A stretch of 64,000 bases of DNA from Octopus bimaculoides (GCF_001194135.2 NC_068986.1:41745865-41809864); one strand, 5' to 3'; counted from the first letter of the stretch, positions 37,331-51,027 are shown. Notes: generated from the letters alone by a model not told the origin. Made by a program: numbers and translations.

Positions 37331-38457
37331 ATTCTGTGTTCGTCTTCATCCCGTTTAATATCCGGATTACGCTCCCGTAACGTAGTGGTTCACCTATAGA
37401 GCCAATAGAATAAGTGCGAGACTTAAAAATATGTACTGGGGTCGATTTGTTTGACTAAACCCTTCAAGGTGGTACCTGACCATAGTCGCAGTCTAGTAAC
37501 TGAAACAAATAAAAGAATAAAAGCACAAGTGTCTACATTTAAAACAAAAATCCGTTTGGATGGAGTTACCATTCGAATATTTCAACATTTGTACAATATT
37601 AAATTTAAGGTTTTCGTAAAGAGAAGTATTTGTGAAGAGAAAAGAAACTATTTATGAGCTTCTGTCTGTGTCGGTCTTATATGCTTTTCTCACCCTTTAT
37701 TTTCATTGCTTTCTTCTGGTTCAGTTTTCTTTGAACTTTTCCTCCTTACCTCTCTCTCTATCTGTTGTTCTTTCTTCGGTTTTGCTCGCTTTTTCTCTTG
37801 TTTCACTTGTACACGACGAGAGAAGTTTCCAATTTGGTATTACTTCTATATTATAGTCAAATCTCTTTTGAATGATACCTTACCGATTAAAAAAGAAAGA
37901 AGATATTAAATAATGTACCAGGCACTAGATGTACAATAACTGAAGAAAAAAAAAATGTGGAGGTTGTCTCGATTTGGAAAGTCTTTTGTCGTGGATCTGC
38001 TCGATCAAGACTGACTTGATAAGAGACTCACTTTGCATATATATTAATTTGTATGACAAGTATTGTGTAATGTTATGCAGAAATAGGCCTACCTTACTAC
38101 TCATAAATCGATCAAGCATCTAAAAAAAAATTGTATACTGTATAGAATACACTATGTATGTAATAGACTGTGGATAATTCGAGGGCTTACCTAGTTTCAC
38201 CAAATATTCACACAAAGAAGGAGAGAGAGAGAGAGAAACTTATTCAAATTGACGCTCTTAAAAAAATCCCATCAGATGATGTCATAAAAAATGTTCAAAG
38301 TAAACCGTGTTCTGCGTGAGAAAATACACTAGTATACGAAGTTTCAAACTGTTTAGTTAAAAAAAATAATTAATTAAAAAATCTGCGAGCCACACTAAAC
38401 AGATCCCGGTATGGTTGGGAACCAAGCGTCTTAACACAAGCCAAGCATGTGCCTTAT

Positions 38458-38496
<39 letters not shown>

Positions 38497-38522
38497 ATAG
38501 TACCTCGGTTTTCGAACATCTT

Positions 38523-39470
38523 GTTTCTTTATTGCCCACACGGGGCCAACATAGAGAGGACAATACAGCCTACTTTGGGGTCAGACACTAAGTGAGATAT
38601 AAAAATTTACAATGAAATTGAATGGAAAATTGGATGGTAACACAAATTCCAAAACAAATTGACAAACATGAAATGAGGCAGGAGAACAAGATTTAGCTCT
38701 GACCTCACGAGGCCTGTTCCACTACCGACACCTTGTGGTAAGCCTAATGACATGTTCACGCAGTGTCTTTCACATACAGCATTCGTGCTGCACGTGCCGA
38801 TCCATCTTTGTACATTCTCGCTGATAGGTATTTCCTCTCCAGCCCGCTCAGAATGCAGCCCGCTCAGAGTGCAGCCCGCTCTAATGTAGCCCTTTTGGCC
38901 ACATGTATAGCAACGAGGGATTCTGCCCTCTACCCGCACTTTCATTATTGTTTCTTCGACTGTCACCATTTCTGCAAGCTTCTCTAAATTTTCTACCTTA
39001 CTTTGTATTATCATTTCCAAAATTTTCCCATGCCAATTAGTGGCTTCCGTTTCTGTGGCCACCTCTTTCTCGCCTCCTAGAAGCACAGCTGTCACCACCC
39101 AAGCCTCGTCTATTTCAGGGGGGATTCCCTCCACCCTGACCTTGGAAGTTCTTCTTCCAAGGTATGTGGGTAGAAGGATTACTCTTTCCGTTTTCATCGA
39201 TTTTACAGAGTTTTCCTTTGCTTTTTCTTTGTTCCTGAAGTATCCCTCTATAATACCATATTGGCTTTCTCTGGCAAGATATGCTATGTCTTGCCAGATT
39301 GACCTCAACGCCTTTTCAATTTCGTCTGTCGGTTCATTTACCAATCTTTTCTCCTTGATAGAATAGACTTTATACACATTGATTTGCCCGGGGTGTTAAG
39401 GTGGTCCTGCTTGTAGCACCTTATTCAGTGTGTTGGGCGCTCGAAAAAAGGGGTGAGAATTAAAATCTGT
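38523..39470 (-). mobile_element. L1/Tx1-like non-LTR retrotransposon derivative: ORF1 (gag-like zinc knuckle) joined to a 3' end
   Basis: ORF 38607-39377 includes GRRTSKVRVEGIPPEI...KVRVEGRIPRCYTCGQKGYIRAGC (CX2CX4[H>Y]X4C). It is followed by a short ORF2-terminus-like stretch (VQRW...ARM) and a tail ending GGCCCCGTGTGGGCAATAAAGAAA. No RT or endonuclease sequence is present. Confidence 0.75.
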
Positions 39471-39984
39471 GAGAGATGAAAAATTCGCAAGTACGAGCAA
39501 TAAATGAAATTATATGAAATGGTATCAGAAAGAATTGAAACCTTCTCTACCTCACTTCTCTGTCTTCGCAACCATTTATAATCTCTTATTACACAAAAGG
39601 TAATTGTTATCTATTCATCAGTCTATCGCTGAAGGTGTGGTAGATTAAACACTGCGTTGTTTTCCATATTACATTACTGTCACACTGAAAGAAAAAAAGT
39701 AAAATGAGATAAATCAAACCTGTCCTAAGTCGTTCCTGGCGCTATTGGTTGGCAACATTAATTTAGTATTTGTGGTGGTTGTGTGTATATATTTCTCTCT
39801 CTCTCTCTCCCCCCTCTCTCTCCATACATATGTATGTATGTATGTATGGATGTATGTATGTATGTATGTACATATATGGAGTTGTAAGCTTCATAACGAA
39901 TTTTCCCGGGGACTGAAATACGAACCTTTCTGGTGCATTGATATTATCTTTTCGTAATGTAAATAGGACACAAATATTTCTTCG

Positions 39985-40012
39985 TTTTTCTCTCTCTTTC
40001 ACGCTCTCTCTT

Positions 40013-40055
<43 letters not shown>

Positions 40056-40076
40056 ATCTCTCTCTCTTTCTCTCTA

Positions 40077-40145
<69 letters not shown>

Positions 40146-40150
40146 CCCTC
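39985..40150. repeat. About 165-bp CT-rich polypyrimidine tract
   Basis: Seen directly. Similar tract at about 22350-22450. Confidence 0.9.
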
Positions 40151-40471
40151 TGTCTCTTGCTATTTCTCTTGATATTTAATATTGTGTACGTATGTGTATC
40201 GCACACGGACACAAGCGTAAGTGTCGCACTTTAATTCTTTTTATTTATTGACGAGAGACCCTTTAGGTAGCGGCTCGTCCTGCTAGAAATATCAGCCTGA
40301 TTCCCTTAAATCTCGGTCTGAAGTCTTACAAAATGGCAGGACATACTGAACAAAGTCTTAGATGTACAAAAGTCCGGATGATCACGATTTTGAGTTTTAG
40401 GTCTCTTCAATCAAGGTTGACTTTCTTTTTTTTGCTCCTTTTATTGGCCCAATCACTAGTCCCCTCTGTAA

Positions 40472-40730
40472 GGGTGCGCGGCTTAATGGTTATGGTGTTG
40501 CATTCCTGATCGCGAGATCGTGGTTTCGATCTACAGACTGAGTGATACGTTGTGTTCGTGAGTTAAACACTGATTCATGTTGTTCTGCGATCACTTTGGC
40601 ATCTGACTGGAGTACACTGTGCATCCGTACAAGCAATGTCGATTTGATGGAGGGAGGGAGATAATGTACTGCACAAGCATTTGATCGCCATAAACTAATC
40701 ATCTGTGATGCAAGAAGTTACAAAGCTTTC
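40472..40730 (+). mobile_element. tRNA-derived SINE family E (CORE/V-like body)
   Basis: GGTGCGCGGCTTAATGGTTA...GGTTTCGATC...TTGTGTTCGTGAGTTAAACAC. Related copies at about 51035-51280, 57818-58120 and 63165-63350. Confidence 0.7.
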
Positions 40731-42329
40731 GTCTGTCGTCTACCATAGAGTCCTCGCTTCTGGAGGGTGATATTGTGGCCACAAATCTTTCTGATGCTGA
40801 TAAAATCGTAATGAGACTAAACTATTGTTCCCTTTTGCATTCACATTCATGTATATAATCAGTCCCACTGTGAGGTGCTTTGGGCAATTGTGTGCCACTA
40901 TAGACCCAGACTGACTGTGTGTGTGTGTGTGTGCAACACTATTCGTGTAGAAAACTTGCCTCACGAATAGTGCTGCGCGCGCGATGGGCTTCCACACAAT
41001 GTCTGTCTACCAAGTTTTCTTGCAAGGCATTACTCAGCTTGGGTCTGTGGTAGCAGACATTTACCCAAAGCACCCCACACAGTGGGACTGAACCTGAAAC
41101 CACGTGGTTGCAAAGCGAGCTTCATAACCATGCAGCCATGCTTATGGCTCTAGATGAAGGTGCATTATAAAAATATTCGCTGTGTCTATTTAAGTTGAGC
41201 ATCTGTATTCACTTAAATGTTTTGTCCTGATAAAACAAAAACTGTTTGTTTAAAAATATGCAAATTCTACCTTTTTAAAGAGAGATGTTTATTGAAAAAG
41301 ATATTACCACTTTGATTAAGTCATAAAACTATGTAGATGTTCCTGTGCTTGTTTGACAAGTTTATAAGTTTGTTTAAGAGTTACTAATTTATGCTGTGAA
41401 TGTTTATCACAAAAATGAAGCGTTATATATTGTTACCCACTTTCTTTACTCAAGTTTTATAAATAAATTAAATAAATAGCTTTATAACTAAGGATTAAAA
41501 TTTCTGATAGTCCGTGTTTGGTATTCTTTACATATATAGTAAGTCTCTGTTAGTAAAGTAGTTATTGTTGCTAAGCACCTCAGCTTACAAAGTATGTATA
41601 CCATTTGTTCATTTAATGTCTACTTTTCTATACTAACATGTTTTGAGTAGGAATTGATTAGGAGACAAATTCTATGGCTGGATGCTCTTCTTGTTGCCAA
41701 CCTTCACCTGTTTTTTTTTGTTTTTTTGAAGCAAGAAGAGATTTTTATATTCCACAGAGCTTTGAAAGTGAACAGCAAACTGGCCACAATCTCAGCATTA
41801 ACATTACTTCACTCAATGACAAACAAATGTCAACATTCACATAATTCCACCCATATACATGTGCATGTTTGCATATACATACATACATTGATTTATGTAT
41901 ATGCATACAGATATGTATGGAAGACAGTAGTGCTCAAATAATAATTCAAACTTAGACTCTGATATCTTTATAGGGGATCAATTCCACGGGATAAAGAATG
42001 GGTATAAGAGGAATCAAGTTGAGCAGATATGGAGGCAATTATGCAGATAAACAAATTAGATATGTTAAACATAACAGTCTGTTTATCCATGTAATTGCTT
42101 CCATATCTGCTCAACTTAATCCCTCTTGTAGTCATTCTTTACCCAGTGGAATTGATCCCCCTAAAGACATTGGAATCTAAGTTTGAATCATTCGAGCGCT
42201 ACTAAGTGTCTTCTATATTGAGAATCTCTGGATCTCATCTGTTGAATATATAGAGATATGTACGTATGTATGTGTGTATATATATGATGGACTAATACAA
42301 GTTTTATTTACTGAATTCAGACAGGATAT

Positions 42330-42680
42330 TGGTTGGCTTAGGGTGATAGTAAAAGATGCTTGCCCAAGGTGCCGCACAGTAAAGCTGAACCTGATATCAC
42401 CTGGTTGCAAAGTGAACATCTTAATCATATACCTTCATAATAGGCTTTTCTCAAAGTTTCCATCTACCAAATTCACTCACAAGGCATTGGTGTGCTTGGA
42501 GCTATAACAGAAGACACTTGCCCAAGATGCCACACAGTGGGACTGAACACAGAGAAGGCATTAAGTGTGCCTGGGGCTACAGTTGAAGATACTTTTCTGA
42601 GGTGCTATGTAGTGGGGCTGAACCCTGATCTACATCATTGTGAAACAAACTTCTTAACCATATAGCCATACCTGTGCCTG
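42330..42680 (-). mobile_element. Three stacked partial SINE family A copies
   Basis: Repeated ...TGCCCAAG(G/A)TGCC...CAGT(A/G)...CTGAAC segments at about 42360, 42520 and 42600. Confidence 0.7.
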
Positions 42681-42877
42681 ACAGCAATATTTGAAATCTA
42701 TTCTCAAATAAGGTATTTTTGTGAGCCACCAGAGAGCAACCACTTTTATTTGGGTCAGGGAAACATTATAGCCAAGTACTTATTTCCTTTGTATATCTAA
42801 ATGCACTGTCTGTATAGTGTGATCTGATGTAGAATGCTTTGTTTAGTCTACACATATATCGATGTTTGTGTTTGTCA

Positions 42878-42910
<33 letters not shown>

Positions 42911-45494
42911 CATACATCATCTAGCTGTTGGTGACTTATCTTATTGTTTCTATTGTCCCTCTTTATGATATTGTTTATCCATAGACCAGCTCTTATTGAG
43001 CAGATCTATGATCAAAAACATTCCAACTATATCCATCAGATGGTTTTTTTTTCATAACATAGTGTAACTAGAATAATATTATGTAGTTTCTGTTCCTTTT
43101 TAAAGATGTTAGAATGTGATTTGAGGAAAATTTAGTTGTTATTTCTAGCAAGCCAAGTGACAATGTAGAAGTTCCACTTGGCTTTTTACTCATTGGTAGA
43201 TTTAGAAGCGGCAGTAAAATTACATGGCTTGTTGTAGTTTAGACCTAACTCTATCCTAATCAAATAGTCCAATACTCAAAATCTTTTCAACTGTGCCCAC
43301 CCTGTATTTTTTTTTTTTTGCATATCTAAGACTACAATATTTAATTTATTCTGCCATCTTTTTTTTAGAATGATAAAGTGTGATATGAAAGAAATTGGTT
43401 ACTACTTATAACAGGCAAACCGTATGATTCCAGAGGGCCAGGTGACCAGAGACTCCTGGTCAATGGGAAATCTGGCACTGGCTACAAGATAATGCATGAT
43501 TAATTCAAAACAATGTGAATGAATAAGCATTACATTTGACAGAATGATTTGAATGCTAAAGAGTTGAGCATTTGGGGAATTGTCTGTTGGAGGTTACAAA
43601 AACATCACAGATGTTGAAAGGATGTTATTTAAAAATATATCTCCAAGGTTGGCAAGATTTAGATATAACAATAAAGGGGATATGATATTTAATAGTGTTT
43701 CCCATGCATGCTTTAGTCAGATAGAGTTTGAGGCAGATTTTCTATGGTCATCTGACCTTCCTCCCACCAGCCTTCACCTGATTTCAAGCAAGGTAATATT
43801 TCCCCATGGTCTGATATGTTCTTGTAGAATACAGAAAATGAATGAAACTCATCTACTTCTATTATGCAATGTCAAAACTAGGAGATGCATGCATGCACAT
43901 GCATGTGTACACTTCTTTCAGTTTCTGTCTACCAAATACATTTGAAAGGCTAAATTTAGACTTTTGATGAAGAGACTTGACCAACGTGCCATACAGTTGG
44001 GCTGAACCTGAAGCCATATGGTTTGAAAGCAAATTTCTTACCACACAGCCATTCATATGCCGATATATATATATATATAATCTGTATACACACGTACATA
44101 CAAGATACTTTGTTTATCAGATTTTTTGTTTGTTATTATTGAACATATAGGAAACAGTATTTTATGCAAAACTTAAAATATACTTTGATCTTATAGAAAA
44201 TTTCTAATTATAAGAAACCTCCAGGCATTTTGGGCAGGATTTTAGATTTCAGAGTACAGGAAATGAAAGAGAAACTGATAGCATCACCACCGGAATAAGA
44301 TTAAAATGACTGACATAATAGTGTTGTTCTGGATAAAAGTGTTCAAAAAAAGGATTTGCACAAGTTTTTCTAACAAAGAAAATGTTTTCATGTCACCTGG
44401 GCACTCATAAATGAAGGGATTTTTAATTAATGTCTTGCTTGGAAAGTTAAAAGCTTTGATATTCTCAGGTTGTTAATAACTTTATGGATTTATGTATAAC
44501 TTTTTAGGACTAAATATCATTTCTATATGTGAAGAGAACACTTGGTAATCTTACAATCTAAAAGCTAGTATATTTTCTGGAAAATAATAACAAAGGAAGT
44601 TAATGTTAGTTTAGCCATATGTTAGCCTTAGTCAAGTAGACATTCCATTCATGGTCATCCTGCCTTTTTACTTATTTCCTTTAACTGTGTGTTTAAGTAA
44701 TTCATTTCACAACATGGCTTTGGGTTTGATTACACAGCACATCTCTTTATAAGCCAGTGTCTTTTATTTTCATCTGAGGTTGACCAATGCCTTGTGCATG
44801 AAATTTTGTAAGCAGAAACTGTACTGAAGCCCATCATGTGTGCATGTATATTTGTATATATGTATGGTAGAAGACAAAGTTGATTTTATATACATGAATG
44901 CAATGTCAGCATTGCTTTCATACTTTCAGGGTTTATGAAAAAAATGGTAACGATACAATGTTGTGGATTGTTGTAACAGTGAGAACACTGAACTGGGTAC
45001 CTTGCAGTATGTATTCTGTGTTCTGGCTCTTGGTGTTCTGAGTTCACACCCTGCCTTGTCCGTTGTGTGTGTGTGTCTGTCTGTCTATGAGACTGTACAT
45101 GTGAATTGATGATTTGAAGGAGATTTGGCTGATATTTCTGGCAGATTATATAACTGTAGAGGAACCCTTGTTAGTTTTAGTAGCAGATGTTTGATGATGT
45201 ACGATAAAACTGTTAAACCTGAACTGTATTTGTTTAATGATTTAAAGTCAATGCTTGATTAATATTGTTCAAAAGGCCTTAATTAAATATTTTATTTCTG
45301 TTTTTCAGATCAGATATAAACTTGATTTCTTCTGACAAATTGTTCCTGATGCTTTAGCAAACAAATTCCTTAATGCATTAATATTTCCCCAATATTAAAT
45401 GTTATTTCTTCAATATCAAATTTTTCATGAAGTTGCATGAAAGTTTGGCACAGAAATTTAATTTGATGACACTTTAACTTGATGATATGCCAGA

Positions 45495-46946
45495 ATGAAA
45501 GGATGGCTTTATGTGGAAGAGATAGAAAATGAGGCTTGGTGTATTCTAACTTATGGTTTACTTTTTTGTTACAAGAATAAAGACTGCCAAGAATTAATCA
45601 ATTCAATAACTTTACAGGACTGTTCTGTAAAACCATTTGTATATCCAAACACTATTTCTTTTGAGAACAACAACACAGAATCGATTAGCTACCAATTTGC
45701 TATTGAAAGGCCAGGAAGAAAACACGTCTTTTGTACCAAGAATAGCAATAATTTGAATGAATGGGTTACTGCAATTAAAGAACATATGGATTCAAATACA
45801 ACAAGATTATGTCCTGGAAATTCATGGGTGTCTGATTCTTCTCTGACAGAAGATAAGCGGTCCATGTCGAGCAATGATTTATTCACTATTCAGTATTCAT
45901 TGAGACCATCTTTGATTGACTCAAGTAATTCTTGTGACTCTATTCCTTCCTTTGATGAAAATCATTCAACAAAAAATACATTTAGACATAGCACTGGACT
46001 ACCTAATATTTATGAAGGTTTTGATGGTAATGACCTGAAGTCAAAATCTCCCTTGACTCAGAAAATTTCTTTATTGTCATCTTGTTCTGATCTTACAGAG
46101 TGTTCAGAAAAAACAATTAAAAGTAATTTAAATAACAAAACAAAAAAGCCAATAAGATTCAGTTTGCGTAGGGTTTTTAGTTGGAAGAAATTGGATAAGG
46201 AGAGCTCTGATGTGGAAATGACATTATTAAATATTCAGAATATTCACCTGGCAAATCACCTCCAATGTAAACTGCATCACAAATGGAATAAAATGTGGTG
46301 TGTAGTAGCCGAGGGGAACTTTTATTGCTTCAAATCAAATAAGCAGAATGAAAAAATTCAGTTCTTTTTACATCTTACTGATTCACAGTTTAAATATTCT
46401 TCTCCTTCACTCAATGGTCATACAGATTCTCAGAAAACATTCCTCATTGAAATAAGCTCACAAAAAAAATTTATTTTGTTGAATGCATCTTCATCAAGTG
46501 ACCAAGTCTGTTGGATTAACGCATTGACCAGAGAGAAAGTTTCTGCTTTAAAGACTTCAGATCCACAGAAGATTCTATGCTGTGATGATAATATTTGCTC
46601 TTTGTGTTCACATTTCTCCTGTTCTGATGTACATATCTCAGTAGCTCCTTCAACTGAACTCCCAGATATTCCAGCATCACCAGAGAAATCTGATTACCAT
46701 TCAATATTATCCTTTAGTGATGAAAAGGATCATGGCTATACAACTGCTTCAGATGATTTTGATAACCAAAGTTCAGTTGGTTCTCAAAATGGAATTGGTG
46801 AATCTTACACCCCACCATCACTTCGAGTCTTGGCTCAGGAAGTTGCTTTAAAGTTGCCTGAAAGTGATACTTTCGCATTTGAAGATAACTTCATCAAAGC
46901 CATTCCTGAAAGAAACAATAACAACTGGAATACTGATTCCCAAATG
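45495..46946 (+). CDS. Large coding exon of a tandem (double) PH-domain protein, probably an adaptor or scaffold
   Basis: 487-aa ORF (45495-46958) with non-repetitive composition. PH1 is about aa 1-97 (KGWLY...AWCILTYGLLFCYK...QFAIE...FCT...LNEWVTAIKE). PH2 is at about 46246-46539 (HLQCKLHHKWNKMWCVVAEGNFYCFKS...FLIEI...LNASSSSDQVCWINAL). A Ser-rich linker separates them. Strong donor ATG|GTAAGT at 46946/46947 (phase 0), so the ORF end VSY* is probably intronic read-through. In-frame TGA at 45483-45485; acceptor candidates at 45308 (tttttcag) and 45493 (gccag). Confidence 0.88.
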
Positions 46947-49712
46947 GTAAGTTATTGAATTTTCACTTTCGTGATCTCTTTTTCAGGTTCCAGTGTTTCA
47001 GCAAAATGATGTTTGTTTATACTTTCTTGGTTCTAATGATATATCAATTAAATTTTCAATTTTTTTTCTTCAGGTAATTTTTTTTTTTTAATGAAAAGAA
47101 GCTGAAGGAGCACATATATCAGAATTCTGTTAATTAGCAAAATACACCATTGCAATATGAATTAATTTAAGAGTCTATTTACTTCTTGTACATCCACCCA
47201 CAATGGGACAAAAAAAAAAAATTGAGGGAACTTCTGGAAATACACTTCACAGTGATAACAGCATTTAACAATAGGGTGTATTCATTCAACACTAGAATGC
47301 TGGCAAGGTCTTGCTTTTTTTTTAAAAAAAATTTCTATAATTTTCTTCCTATTTTAACAAATGATTTCTAAAGAATCTTCTTATATCTAAAAGGTTCCCT
47401 TTGTTGGTTTTTGCATTCTCTGTAAAGATACCTTTAATCATATCACTTGCACCTGTTAAGATCTCTTTCTTTTCCTTTTCCATATTATATGGACGGTAGT
47501 GCCCTAGCATGGCCTTAGTTGTGGTGGCTAAAACACACTAGAAAATTAAAGAACACACAGAAAAGGGGACAAGTTTGTAGAAATCAATTTAGAGATCCCT
47601 TCTACTCCACCCCACTCTCTCACTCTTTTGTGAGGTAGCTTTACAGTACAAATTCATTAGGTTGTTATTTCATCATCATCAACAGCATTACTACTATCAT
47701 CACTTTACATTTTCTGACGTTGCACCACATGCAAAATGTATATGAGTTCAGGGTACCTAACAGGTGTGCTATGATTTGTGTTCAGTAAAGCATATGTAAG
47801 TGGAGAATGAACCTTTGTATGCTGAGAAGGGGAAATGAAAAAATAAAAAAATAAATAAATAAAATCAGATGATGAGAGAAAGATGTTAACAGGTGTTGAC
47901 CTACCTTAGTTCTTTAAAATACTTACGAGTACCTTTAGACTTAAGTTGATACTAAATTTACTTTTTCTGATGTAAAGATGTTGAATCAAACACCAACTTA
48001 TTTATCATTCATTTTGTCTGTTTTTTTAATCTATTTTAGCTTGTTTATGTTTTTCTATTAAAATTTTTGGGATATCTATATCGGTTTCATGATATATTAT
48101 TGGTTTCAATTTTCAGGAATAAATAGACAAAACAAAAAACCTCTCTACACTTTATGGTGCTCAATTAATAGACTAATTAATTTATGTGAGCATAATAATT
48201 TCACTTGAAATCTTAAAGATTTTATGACTGGTTTTTTCTCTTTTTTTTTTTTGTCTGTAGGAAATATCCTATTTTTATGTTTTCAACATGGAGCTTCTAG
48301 TCTTACATTGTACTTCATATATTTGATTAGTGACAAATATGAAACTAATGTAAAGGACTTCTAGCTAGACTTATGACTTTATTGTGTCTGATTCATTACT
48401 AATAAATGCTTTTAACCTACTGGTTAAATATGCCGTGTCCTTGAGCAAAACACTTCACATTGCTATAGTCTATTCATCTGCAAAGAGTTCCAGAGAAGGT
48501 GCTGATGTCTGCTCATGACTACATAGCTGTCTAAAGTATTTAGCAAAACATGGTACATGTTACCAAGCCATACTCATATGCAAGTTATGGTTGGCTACTA
48601 TTACATGGTCCTAAGTTCAAGACTTGTGGTGCTCAACTTTACTTTGCTTTCCACTGGGAGTTGATTAAAGAAATGCTAGGGTCAGATTAATTAGATTCTT
48701 CCCACTTCTAATACATACATTGTTTCGTCTGAATCAAAGTAGAACATTGTGTCTCAGTTACAAAGACATTATTATAATATTCATTCTTGTCTTTATTTAC
48801 TGTGTACCACATTCAGTTTTATATTTAGATAGAAACCTTTAATTTCCTCATGAGGGTTGAACTTTTACTTGTTTAACCAGTATCTTAATGTTTATCATTA
48901 TTCTCTTTAGAACTAGCAACGTCTTGCAAGAATATATTCTTCACTATTAAGAACTTATCAAGTAAACAAATATTTCCATTGAATAATTTCTGATTCTGAG
49001 AGGTGAATATAAAAAAAAAAAAAGAATAGAATAAAAGACAAAAAAAAATCAGAAACAAGACAGGATTGACTAGTGAAATAATTATTTGTTTATTTATTAT
49101 TTTTATTCGTATTGCATTCGAGAACTTACGTATTGGCCCATTCTCTGTTGACTTTAGGAATGGAAAATCAAATATTAGTTTGCTCCTAAGAATTACTGTG
49201 CATAATAATTTGACCTTTTTAAATCCTGAAGGATTTGCTTTGACAAAGCAACCATATTGTTATATTTCTTAGCATATGTTAATGTTATTTTTTTCACCCC
49301 CCCGTTATGACGTGTTATGATGGTGAATAGGTTTAAAGCACTATTCTATCACATTGCAGTAAACAAATTTATTGTAAGTCTTGAATTTGGTGTGGTGTTT
49401 TTTTGTTTTTTTTTTATACGAGGCAAGTATATTGTGCTGAGAAGCTTACTGAAAGTGTATATAACAAGAGCTTATGTCCATTCAATGTTGGTTTATGTTT
49501 GCTAACTCTTAAGAATTAAGTATTAAGAAAAAAGAAAACTGAATGGCTTCTCTAGGGTCATGTCATATGAATAATAATTGGAAGCAAGAAAGATGGAGTA
49601 TTTTACTAAAAATACTTTTATGTACTTGTGACAGAATTTTGAACAGTAAGTTAAATGTCACTATTCTAGTTGTCCAGTACTCAGGGTTTAAAGGGTCTGT
49701 AGATAAAGGAAA

Positions 49713-50101
49713 GTGGAGGCGCAATGGCCCAGTGGTTAGGGCAGCAGACTTGCGGTCATAGGATCGCGGTTTCGATTCCCAGACTGGGCGTTGTGAGTGT
49801 TTATTGAGCGAAAACACCTAAAGCTCCACGAGGCTCTGGCAGGGGATGGTGGCAAACCCTGCTGTACTCTTTCACCACAGCTTTCTCTCACTTTTACTTC
49901 CTGTTTCTGTTGTGCCTGTAATTCAAAGGGTCAGCCTTGTCATACAGTGTCACGCTGAATATCCCTGAGAACTGTTAAGGGTACACGTGTCTGTGGAGTG
50001 CTCAGCCACTTGCATGTTAATTTCACAAGCAGTCTGTTCTGTTGATCGGATCAACTGGAACCCTCGTCGTCGTAAGCGACGGAGTGCCAACAACAACAAC
50101 A
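49713..50101 (+). mobile_element. Full-length young tRNA-derived SINE with target-site duplication
   Basis: A box TGGCCCAGTGG, B box GTTTCGATTCC, tail ...GACGGAGTGC(CAA)n. Perfect 12-bp TSD AGATAAAGGAAA at 49701-49712 and 50102-50113. Confidence 0.92.
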
Positions 50102-50278
50102 AGATAAAGGAAAAGAGACTATTCATAAACATTGTAACTTAATGTTAACTTTAGAAAGCATAATACAATATATGGGCTAAGAATTTTTAAACATCTTGGT
50201 CTAACCAAGAGAGTTTGAGATTTAATAGTTAAAAATATCGAGCACAATTTTGTTACTTTTATTATTAATTTTGGCCTA

Positions 50279-50730
50279 AAGGCGGTGAGGTGGCAGAATC
50301 ATTAGCTCACCGGGAAAAATGCTTAGCGGCATTTCGTCTGTGCTTATATTCTGAGTTCAAATTTCATAGTGGTTGACTTCGCCTTTCATCCTTTTGGGGT
50401 TGACAAAATAAGTACCAGTCAAGCACTGGGGTTGATGTAATCGACTAACCCCTCTCCCTGCAAAAGTTTCAGGCCTTGTACCTATAATAGAAAGAATTAT
50501 TAATTGTGGCTTGAGCAAGCAAGCTCGCAGATTTGTTAGAATGCCATGAAGATTCTTATCAAGCAATAGCTATTTTTCATTTTGGCTTTACATTCTGACT
50601 TTAAATTCTGCCGAGGTTGACTTTGCCTTTCATTCACTCATGGTTGATGAAATAAGTACCAGCTAAGCATTGGGGTGATGTAATTAACCAGTCCGGTCCC
50701 ACAAAATTTCAGGCCTTATGCATATAGTAA
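50279..50730 (+). mobile_element. Two tandem SINE family B copies
   Basis: GGCGGTGAGGTGGCAGAATC...GACTTCGCCTTTCATCCTTTTGGGGTTGACAAAATAAGTACCAG; the second copy starts directly after an ATT-rich tail. Confidence 0.85.
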
Positions 50731-50774
50731 GAAGGATTATTATTATTGTGGATATGTCACAGAACCTCCCAAAA

Positions 50775-50967
50775 CTGTGGCTGTGTGGTAAGAAGCTTGC
50801 TTCCCAACCACATGGCTCCAGGCTCAGCCCACTGTATTGCACCTTTGGCAAGCACCTTCTACTATAGCTTTGGGCATAACAAAGCCTTATGAATGGATTT
50901 GGTAGACAGAAATTGAAAGACGCCCATAACGTGTGTGTGTGTGTGTGTGTGCGTGCGTGTGCGTGTG

Positions 50968-51027
<60 letters not shown>
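50775..51027 (+). mobile_element. SINE family A copy with (TG)n tail
   Basis: TGTGGCTGTGTGGTAAGAAGCTTGCTTCCCAACCACATGG...GGATTTGGTAGACAGAAATTGAAAGA. Confidence 0.85.

Noticed and set aside
38763-39366. Plus-strand ORFs 38763-38987 and 39040-39366
   Set aside because: Antisense to the retroelement ORF1.
45689-46704. Minus-strand ORFs 45689-45886 and 46516-46704
   Set aside because: Antisense shadows of the PH-domain exon.
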